Source: Octopus vulgaris (lineage: Eukaryota). From it: a DNA stretch of 64,000 nt. Below, piece after piece: positions 55,259-64,000 of this stretch (position 1 is the stretch's first letter; each line of letters opens with the position of its first letter). The stretch lies in contig OX597828.1 of the NCBI GenBank assembly GCA_951406725.2, positions 76,880,001 through 76,944,000 of the forward strand, given 5' to 3'. Below the pieces are notes generated by a model. It saw nothing but the letters and a program-made list of their open reading frames with translations, was not told the origin of the DNA and searched no databases. A program made the translations under genes and the position numbers.

Positions 55259-56489
55259 AGATAAATAAAAATATATGCATACATACAAACATATATGTAC
55301 GTACCTACATCTACATGTATATATACATGCACATATAAATAATTATACGGGAGTACAGGACATCACAATAAGACGTAGAAACGGAAAAAGCCAAAAAACA
55401 AAAAACAAGAAAACGGAAAACGAAAAACAAGAAAACGAAAAACAAATACAGGACGAGCTACACAAGGACAAAACCCCCGTCATCAGCTGTCGCTAGAGGA
55501 GTCAGGCATGTTTCGAAGGCATAGACAGAACACTAATCCAATAGGCCTTCCTGCGAGAGAATTAAAATAAAATTCCAAGCAGCGGGGCAGAATGAATACG
55601 AACACAAACAAGACGTAACAATAAAACTGCAAAATTAAAATACATGTACAGAAACAAACACAAGAGGACGAACGAAAAAGCCTTTTTTCTGGCATAGACA
55701 AACGATAAAACTGCAAAAATAAAAATACATATACAAAAAATACAATTAGTTACAAAACGAGAAAATAAAAAGAATACGATACAGGAAATCAACCACACAG
55801 GGGGACGAACGAAAAAGCCTTTTGCTGGCGAAGACGAAAAGTGTTGTAGCAGCGCGTGGAGGCAGTCTTTTCAATAGTGAGAACCACGTGTAAAGGAATT
55901 TTATTTTATAGGCAAAGAAGAAGGAAGGAGGAGGGGGACACGCGGCGAAGAGAGAGGAGGAGTGGGAGGGAGAGAGATTGAAGAGGTTAAAGCAAAGGGA
56001 GAGAGTTCCGCATCTTAAATATAATAATATAAATATAAAAAAGGAACCAAGAAGTGGACCGAAACGACGAATCGGAACGAACCTGATGCGGGGCGCTGTC
56101 AGACATTAAGGAGATAAATAAAAATATATGCATACATACAAACATATATGTACGTACCTACATCTACATGTATATATACATGCATATATAAATAATTATA
56201 CGGGAGTACAGGACACCACAATAAGACGTAGAAACGGAAAAAACCAAAAAACAAAAAACAAGAAAACGGAAAACGAAAAACAAGAAAACGAAAAACAAAT
56301 ACAGGACGAGCTACACAAGGACAAAACCCCCGTCATCAGCTGTCGCTAGAGGAGTCAGGCATGTTTCGAAGGCATAGACAGAACACTAATCCAATAGGCC
56401 TTCCTGCGAGAGAATTAAAATAAAATTCCAAGCAGCGGGGCAGAATGAGTACGAACATAAACAAGACGTAACAATAAAACTGCAAAATT
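55256..56489 (-). mobile_element. Element with 381-bp direct terminal repeats (period 853), PLE pseudo-LTR-like
   Basis: 55256-55636 repeated at 56109-56489 with few substitutions; starts at a (TA)n tract; no ORF. Confidence 0.75.
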
Positions 56490-56669
56490 TTTACGCGCGC
56501 AGACATACATATGTATGTAAGTATATATATATAAGTTTAGGAGTTATAGATGCACAAACAAACGGAGAGACATACACAGAAGATCACCAAATCATCAGCA
56601 GTAATCGGCCAGAGGCTCAAACGCAATTGAGCGCCTTAACGATAATATTGTATCCCCTCAGGTGGCATC

Positions 56670-56783
<114 letters not shown>

Positions 56784-56874
56784 TTGACATGCATATATAC
56801 ATATATACAATATATAAATATATATACTCATATATATATATATGTATACATATATATATATATATATATATACA

Positions 56875-57206
56875 TTACAGATAAAGGGTGAAATATAATT
56901 AATTTAATAAAATCAACAAATTTCACCTAGTAGCACTTCGATATGGAAAAGGACCATATTCGGTAAAAGTTTATATAATTATAACAATAAGGGTCTTTAC
57001 AACAAGTTGCTTGACCACATACCTAAAATTTTAGAAATAGCAGTCCTTTGGTTGCTATTTCCTTTTACTACAAAAATATGTCTCCACAGACAACAATATT
57101 TGTAACTCACATATGGCAAAAAAATAAGGAAATAGCAGTCCTCTGGCTGCTATTTCTAAAATTTTCGGTATGTGGTCAAGCAACTTGTTGCAAAGACCCT
57201 TATTGT

Positions 57207-57213
<7 letters not shown>
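56875..57213. mobile_element. Small fold-back element between (TA)n tracts
   Basis: Inverted arms 56979-57044 and 57146-57213, plus an inner TTGCTATTTCCTT / AAGGAAATAGCAG pair. Confidence 0.65.
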
Positions 57214-57264
<51 letters not shown>

Positions 57265-57274
57265 ATATACATGG

Positions 57275-57311
<37 letters not shown>

Positions 57312-57360
57312 AAACAAGTAAAAAATAGAAAATGCTAAAATAATTTTATAGTGAACATTT

Positions 57361-57398
57361 CAGTACCGGTTTCGGTCATTTTGAGACCTTTTCAACTG
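57361..57398 (-). ncRNA. Hammerhead (U3-A8 variant), inverted copy
   Basis: Reverse complement of 62755-62792. Confidence 0.78.
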
Positions 57399-59188
57399 TA
57401 ACGATTAAATAATTAAATTTAGAAAAATTAGAAGAAAAGTTTTTTTAAAAGAATATTTCTATAGTAGTGTTCAGATTTAAGTGGCATTCTGCCTTTCTCT
57501 GACTCCCTTGTTTGCACTTGTGTGTTCGAGGTAGTTGTGAGTTCTTGGTAGGGTAGTAGAGGGAAGGCTGGTGAGGAAAGGGGGTGGGAGAATCTGGGAG
57601 TGCCCTGATGGTCGTATTTTGAATGGTCAGTGGCGGCTGGCAGTCTCAGTTCAATTCAGGATTGTTTATAGAATTAGCGTAGGTGTTATACTAAAAAACA
57701 TTAGTGACAAACTTAAGGGGTAGGGGGTGGAGAAGAAGAAGAAGAAGAAGAAGAAGAAGAAGAAGAAGAAGAAGAGAAGGAGAAGATGATGGTGATGGTG
57801 GTGATGATTATGACGACGATGATGATGATAACGATGATGATGAAGAAGAAGAAGAAGAAGAAGAAGAAGAAGAAGAAGAAGAAGAAGAAGAAGAAGAAGA
57901 AGAAGAAGAAGAAGAAGAAGAAGAAGAAGAAGAAGAAGAAGGAGAAGATGGTGGTGATGATGATGACGCCGATGATGATGATAACGATGATGATGAAGAA
58001 GAAGAAGAAGAAAAAAACAGAGAAGGGAGAATATGAATGGGTGTAAATATAGCTATGAAGGGGCTGATTAGTAATGGATTCTATGGAGTGTAGTATTTGT
58101 GTGTGTATATATATTTTTTTCTTTTATTCTAAAGTTGAGGTATATTAATTGTTTGTCGTAGACCCGTTAAGAAGTGGCTTGTATTTTGTAATAAAGAGAT
58201 TTTCTTTACTTATTCTTTGTCTCGAGGTTGTATCGTCCCTAAATTGGTAGAGGGGGAAAATTCTGAAGTTTGGTGTTTTTTTGTTGGCGCAAGTATCTAT
58301 GTGTTGGCTAAAAGCTATTTTTCTGTTTTGGGGAATTTTTATCTGGGATCTGTGCAGGGCCATTCGTTTACGCAAACCATTTTTTGTTTGGCCTATGTAC
58401 TGCTCTTGACACCCGGAGCAGGTTAGTGAGTATATTAGGTTCTCCGAAGCACATGTGAAGTTGCTTTTCACTGTAAACCGTTGTCCCTGTTTGAAGGAGA
58501 ACTCCGAACCCTCGATTAGATAGTCGCATATCCCGCAATTGGGTCTTCCACATTTTTTTACTGTCGGCTTCTGTGTTGAAGAGTGAATTCGGGCTTGTGT
58601 AAGGAGACTTTTCATGGATCTAGGCTGTCTTTTGCTTTTTATGATCGTGTGTGTTTGGAGGATTGTGTTCATTCTGTGGTCTTTTTTTAGGAGGGGTATG
58701 TTGTGGAGGATGGTGTCGAAGGCTTCGTTATTGAGAGGGTTGTGTGTGGAGATGTATGGTAAGGCTTTTGGTTGTAAGTTTTTCTTTGATTTGGGATGTC
58801 TCAGTTCCTTGATGTTAAGTTGAAGGGCACGTTGAATGCACTTGTCAATAAGTGAAGGTGGATAGTTCCTGGTGATTAGGGTATCTTTTAGTTCTTGTAG
58901 TCGTGTGTCTCTGGTGTTTGCGTTAGAGACTATAGTGCATATCCTTTTTGCTAGATTGAAGGGGATATTCATCCTGGTGTGTCTGGGGTGGCATGAATTG
59001 AATGGAAGATATTGCTTAGAGTCTGTAGGCTTATAGTATATGTCTGTTTCTATTATATTATTAGCTTTCTTAATGAGGATATCGAGGAAGGGGAGTTGTT
59101 GTTGGCTATATTCCATCGTGAATTGGATGTTTACGTCCAGTCCGTTTAAAATTTTCTGGAATTCTATGAGTTTTTCTATATTTGGTGT

Positions 59189-59725
59189 TTGGACTATGAA
59201 GCCGTCTTTCAAACAGAGCACGCCTCCAACAACCCTTTCCAGAAAATAAGAAAACCAAAACAACACCCAAACACCGATACACACCCGTCTAAAAATCGGA
59301 ACCTTCACTACTATCAAAAAAAGAATACAGGACCTAACCCCAACTCTGTAAGCAGCCAGCGATACAATATCAGGAATACCCCCACTTCAAGCAGAGAAAG
59401 GATAAATCAACACCCACAGCATAGACACTGCAACCTCATCCCCACCCAAAGGAGTTACCAACGAAATCTTCGTCCCATTAACCGGTTAAACAACCATGCA
59501 CAACAAACCCACACCACTTGCAATGATTACCAACGAAGGCCTCCTAGAACACCACACCCGAATATGGGATATCGGGATGCTCTCCTCAATACTGCTCCAA
59601 GAACACACACCACAAATCACAACAGGAGACCCCTAATCAACAAAGAACAACTATATACTAGCTACCGTCCCAACCACCGCATTCATTTTTTAGACCCAAT
59701 ACGCAAACACAGAGACACAAGATAG
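59189..59725 (+). CDS. Putative upstream ORF1 of the PLE (5'-truncated by the inversion); basic, N/R/P/T/H-rich
   Basis: 178 open codons from the inversion junction, overlapping the RT frame (open from 59662) by 64 nt; in-phase T TTT TTA at 59686-59692. Confidence 0.55.
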   Translation: MDYEAVFQTEHASNNPFQKIRKPKQHPNTDTHPSKNRNLHYYQKKNTGPNPNSVSSQRYNIRNTPTSSRERINQHPQHRHCNLIPTQRSYQRNLRPINRLNNHAQQTHTTCNDYQRRPPRTPHPNMGYRDALLNTAPRTHTTNHNRRPLINKEQLYTSYRPNHRIHFLDPIRKHRDTR

Positions 59726-59862
59726 CACCAAACAAGCAGGAGGAACCAAAAGTAATAAAAATTATTAATCTAACTCACAAGGAACTAACAGCAAACCAAA
59801 TAAACATACTTTCCAAAGGACTCAAGTTTACACCCACCCCACAACACCCCAACTACAATGAA

Positions 59863-62016
59863 ATGAAAGAAGACATCGCAGAATTCTGCAGAAAATTAAG
59901 ACTTACTGAGGAGCTATACGATAAATACAACGAGGACGAATCGTTAGCCAGAAATAGGAGTAACTACACCCCCTCGAAAGGTAAGAATAAAACACTTGAT
60001 GATTTCTGTGACCACATATCAAATTACCCATATCAACACATGCACAAACAAAAACACAAACCAAACTTCAGCAAAAAAGAATGGGCTGAGTTGAACAAAT
60101 TAAAACTAGATAAAACAATAACAATCAAAGAGGCCGATAAAGGGAGTGCTGTTGTCTTAATGGATACGACATTTTACATAACTTTGGTACTTTCTATGCT
60201 GGAAGACACAACATACTATGAAAAGGCACAAAACTACAGTCAACAAAAAATAATGAGGGAACTAAAATCCATATTAAACCCATACAAAGCAGGGCTCACC
60301 GACAAAGAATATGATTATATGACCAATTTCACAAGTAAAACTAGCCAATTCTACGGTATACCTAAGATCCACAAAAGTGAAAAAATAAGCAACGCATGCA
60401 AGATAGCTACAGACAAAATAATTAAAGTCCCTAATCCTAATGACCTCAAATTGAGACCCATAATAGCAGGTCCCGCATGCGAAACCCACCGCCTCAGTAA
60501 CTTTTTAGACACCCTGTTAAAACCACTCCTCAAACATGTCAAAAGCTATATAAGGGACGACTTAGATATGCTCAATCACCTACCGAATACTATAAACAAA
60601 AACACCATACTGGTATCCTTCGATGTAGTCAACCTCTACTCCAATATCCCCCACAACCTAGGACTAGAGGCAATCCAATTCTGGCTAGAGAATCACGCCA
60701 ACGAACTACCACACCGCATCAAAAAAGAATTTGTGATAGAAGGGGTTAAATTCATCCTGGAAAATAACTTCTTCGCCTTCAATGACAACTTCTACCGACA
60801 AAAATCGGGGACTGCGATGGGTACACGAATGGCCCCCTCCTTTGCCAACCTAGTCATAGGATACCTAGAGATCAGTCTGTATCGTAAGGTTCTAGAAAGA
60901 TATGGCAGTCCTTTCTCCATCTACATAGAAAACAACTGGAAGAGATATCTAGATGACTGTTTCATCCTTTGGCATAAAAATATAGAAAAACTCATAGAAT
61001 TCCAGAAAATTTTAAACGGACTGGACGTAAACATCCAATTCACGATGGAATATAGCCAACAACAACTCCCCTTCCTCGATATCCTCATTAAGAAAGCTAA
61101 TAATATAATAGAAACAGACATATACTATAAGCCTACAGACTCTAAGCAATATCTTCCATTCAATTCATGCCACCCCAGACACACCAGGATGAATATCCCC
61201 TTCAATCTAGCAAAAAGGATATGCACTATAGTCTCTAACGCAAACACCAGAGACACACGACTACAAGAACTAAAAGATACCCTAATCACCAGGAACTATC
61301 CACCTTCACTTATTGACAAGTGCATTCAACGTGCCCTTCAACTTAACATCAAGGAACTGAGACATCCCAAATCAAAGAAAAACTTACAACCAAAAGCCTT
61401 ACCATACATCTCCACACACAACCCTCTCAATAACGAAGCCTTCGACACCATCCTCCACAACATACCCCTCCTAAAAAAAGACCACAGAATGAACACAATC
61501 CTCCAAACACACACGATCATAAAAAGCAAAAGACAGCCTAGATCCATGAAAAGTCTCCTTACACAAGCCCGAATTCACTCTTCAACACAGAAGCCGACAG
61601 TAAAAAAATGTGGAAGACCCAATTGCGGGATATGCGACTATCTAATCGAGGGTTCGGAGTTCTCCTTCAAACAGGGACAACGGTTTACAGTGAAAAGCAA
61701 CTTCACATGTGCTTCGGAGAACCTAATATACTCACTAACCTGCTCCGGGTGTCAAGAGCAGTACATAGGCCAAACAAAAAATGGTTTGCGTAAACGAATG
61801 GCCCTGCACAGATCCCAGATAAAAATTCCCCAAAACAGAAAAATAGCTTTTAGCCAACACATAGATACTTGCGCCAACAAAAAAACACCAAACTTCAGAA
61901 TTTTCCCCCTCTACCAATTTAGGGACGATACAACCTCGAGACAAAGAATAAGTAAAGAAAATCTCTTTATTACAAAATACAAGCCACTTCTTAACGGGTC
62001 TACGACAAACAATTAA
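59863..62016 (+). CDS. PLE reverse transcriptase + GIY-YIG endonuclease
   Basis: ADKG, FYGIPKIHK, LRPIIA, SFDVVNLYSNI, GTAMGTRMAPSFANL, RYLDD, FLD, CGRPNCGIC linker, LIY..C..C...YIGQT. The frame is open from 59662 and has IINLT..ILSKGLKFTP upstream of the first ATG. Confidence 0.96.
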   Translation: MKEDIAEFCRKLRLTEELYDKYNEDESLARNRSNYTPSKGKNKTLDDFCDHISNYPYQHMHKQKHKPNFSKKEWAELNKLKLDKTITIKEADKGSAVVLMDTTFYITLVLSMLEDTTYYEKAQNYSQQKIMRELKSILNPYKAGLTDKEYDYMTNFTSKTSQFYGIPKIHKSEKISNACKIATDKIIKVPNPNDLKLRPIIAGPACETHRLSNFLDTLLKPLLKHVKSYIRDDLDMLNHLPNTINKNTILVSFDVVNLYSNIPHNLGLEAIQFWLENHANELPHRIKKEFVIEGVKFILENNFFAFNDNFYRQKSGTAMGTRMAPSFANLVIGYLEISLYRKVLERYGSPFSIYIENNWKRYLDDCFILWHKNIEKLIEFQKILNGLDVNIQFTMEYSQQQLPFLDILIKKANNIIETDIYYKPTDSKQYLPFNSCHPRHTRMNIPFNLAKRICTIVSNANTRDTRLQELKDTLITRNYPPSLIDKCIQRALQLNIKELRHPKSKKNLQPKALPYISTHNPLNNEAFDTILHNIPLLKKDHRMNTILQTHTIIKSKRQPRSMKSLLTQARIHSSTQKPTVKKCGRPNCGICDYLIEGSEFSFKQGQRFTVKSNFTCASENLIYSLTCSGCQEQYIGQTKNGLRKRMALHRSQIKIPQNRKIAFSQHIDTCANKKTPNFRIFPLYQFRDDTTSRQRISKENLFITKYKPLLNGSTTNN

Positions 62017-62754
62017 TATACCTCAACTTTAGAATAAAAGAAAAAAATATATATACACACACAAATACTACACTCCATAGAATCCATTACTAATCAGCCC
62101 CTTCATAGCTATATTTACACCCATTCATATTCTCCCTTCTCTGTTTTTTTCTTCTTCTTCTTCTTCATCATCATCGTTATCATCATCATCGGCGTCATCA
62201 TCATCACCACCATCTTCTCCTTCTCCTTCTTCTTCTTCTTCTTCTTCTTCTTCTTCTTCTTCTTCTTCTTCTTCTTCTTCTTCTTCTTCTTCTTCTTCTT
62301 CTTCTTCTTCATCATCATCGTTATCATCATCATCGTCGTCATAATCATCACCACCATCACCATCATCTTCTCCTTCTCCTTCTTCTTCTTCTTCTTCTTC
62401 TTCTTCTTCTTCTTCTTCTTCTCCACCCCCTACCCCTTAAGTTTGTCACTAATGTTTTTTAGTATAACACCTACGCTAATTCTATAAACAATCCTGAATT
62501 GAACTGAGACTGCCAGCCGCCACTGACCATTCAAAATACGACCATCAGGGCACTCCCAGATTCTCCCACCCCCTTTCCTCACCAGCCTTCCCTCTACTAC
62601 CCTACCAAGAACTCACAACTACCTCGAACACACAAGTGCAAACAAGGGAGTCAGAGAAAGGCAGAATGCCACTTAAATCTGAACACTACTATAGAAATAT
62701 TCTTTTAAAAAAACTTTTCTTCTAATTTTTCTAAATTTAATTATTTAATCGTTA

Positions 62755-62792
62755 CAGTTGAAAAGGTCTCAAAATGACCGAAACCGGTACTG
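62755..62792 (+). ncRNA. Type I hammerhead ribozyme, U3-A8 variant, in the PLE 3' end
   Basis: CAG-TTGAAAA-GGTC TCAAAAT GACC-GAAA-CCGG-TA-CTG. Confidence 0.8.
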
Positions 62793-62899
62793 AAATGTTC
62801 ACTATAAAATTATTTTAGCATTTTCTATTTTTTACTTGTTTTTTCATATATATCAACTCGTGTGTTCCTTTTCACCCTTATACATATATATATATATAT

Positions 62900-62952
62900 A
62901 TACCATGTATATTATGTATATATATATATATATATATACATAATATACATGG

Positions 62953-62992
<40 letters not shown>

Positions 62993-63067
62993 CCATGTAT
63001 ATTATGTATATATATATATATATATATTTTATACCATGTATATTATGTATATACATAATATACATGG

Positions 63068-63110
<43 letters not shown>

Positions 63111-63126
63111 CATGTATATTATGTAT
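62900..63126. repeat. 18-nt motif repeated six times in mixed orientation within (TA)n
   Basis: TACCATGTATATTATGTA or its reverse complement near 62901, 62937, 62991, 63032, 63052 and 63108; one more copy at ~57259 on the left flank. Confidence 0.85.
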
Positions 63127-63149
63127 ATATATATATTATATATATATAT

Positions 63150-64000
63150 GATTGATTGATTCTAGTTTCAGCTTATGAGCTGTGGCCATGCTGGGGCACC
63201 GCCATTTGGTGTTGCTACTTGGTTTCACTTCATGTGAGGCTTTCTAGCAACTGCTATTTGGTGCATGAGAGAGTTCGATGCAGCTGCCCTCATCTGCCCC
63301 TCCTGCCGTGAAGTTGGTTCATCTGGGACACCTGACAGGAAGAGATCCAGCTCCATTTTAAAGACATCTGTATCCACCCCATGCAGGTCTCTCAGGTTCA
63401 TCGGGAGGATATTGAAGAGCTGTGGGCCTCGGAAGCCCAGGCTATCACAGAATCTTGTCCTACATCTTGATGGCAAGTTTGGAGTCCTAGGCACCACGCA
63501 GTGGCGCCCAGTTCTGGCATTTGCGTAACTCTCGATGCCAAAGTTCAGGACACTTCCCTCCAGGATCTTCCAGATGTATATTATGGCATATCTTTCCCGC
63601 CTACGCTCCAGGGAATATAATTTTAATCTCTTGAGTCTTTCCCAGTAGCTTACATTCTGCATAGAGGCTATCTTCTTCGTGTAGCTTCGTTGGATCGCCT
63701 CAAGTTCTGTGATCAACTTGACACTGGATGGTGACCATAGCTGAGAGCAATAGTCAAAGTGACTTAGGACAAGTGTCTTCCAGAGGACCATCATGGTTTC
63801 TTGTTCTCTTGTCCTAAAGGTTCTAAGAATCCATCCAGCCAGCCGTCTGCATTTCATTGTCAGTTTAGCAACATGTACATGAAAGGTCGCGTCATCACTC
63901 ATGTGAATACCCAGGTCACGCACTGATTGTGCCTCTGGGATTGCAATCCCTCCGGGTCCAGTGTATTCCTTGGGTATTGCATTCAGTTTTGCATGCTGAT
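63150..64000 (-). mobile_element. CR1-like LINE, 3' end (continues beyond the window)
   Basis: ORF 63225..63923 with RDLGI, HFDYCSQLWSP, LEAIQR, YSLERRRER; short 3' UTR with hairpin and (AATC)n tail. Confidence 0.9.

Larger units (their letters stand above)
57301..62881 (+). mobile_element. Young Penelope-like retroelement (Neptune-type) with inverted duplication of its 3' half
   Basis: 57301-59183 is the reverse complement of 60978-62852; intact RT-GIY-YIG frame; hammerhead in the 3' UTR; ~28-nt 3' extension only on the sense copy; (TA)n flanks. Confidence 0.95.

Noticed and set aside
58145-59317. 390-aa minus-strand ORF as an independent gene
   Set aside because: Chimera of the inverted PLE arm and the antisense of the PLE 5' region across the 59183 junction.

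Overview
AT-rich eukaryotic (animal) DNA made almost entirely of transposons and microsatellites. The SINE families, (TA)n/(TAA)n/(CAT)n density and retroelement mix look like an octopus-type cephalopod genome (inference). No host gene can be called with confidence; two weak exon candidates are noted. Main content: (1) a young Penelope-like element (PLE, Neptune-type: RT, Cys linker, C-terminal GIY-YIG) at about 57.3-62.9 kb, with a ~1.9 kb inverted duplication of its 3' half; (2) three 5'-truncated copies of an R4/Dong-type RT-REL retrotransposon, all in (TAA)n tracts; (3) CR1-like and RTE-like LINE pieces, an internally deleted mariner, Helitron-like ends and many tRNA-derived SINEs; (4) at least a dozen minimal type-I hammerhead ribozyme motifs in PLE ends and small non-coding repeats. 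Most notable: the PLE appears to have two ORFs joined by an in-phase U UUU UUA slippery site (candidate -1 frameshift). Its family carries hammerheads with a compensated U3-A8 core (UUGAAAA instead of CUGANGA). The window also holds retrozyme-like 396-nt and 496-nt hammerhead units and a tRNA-headed hammerhead element with a 13-bp target-site duplication. All alignments and folds were done by eye.
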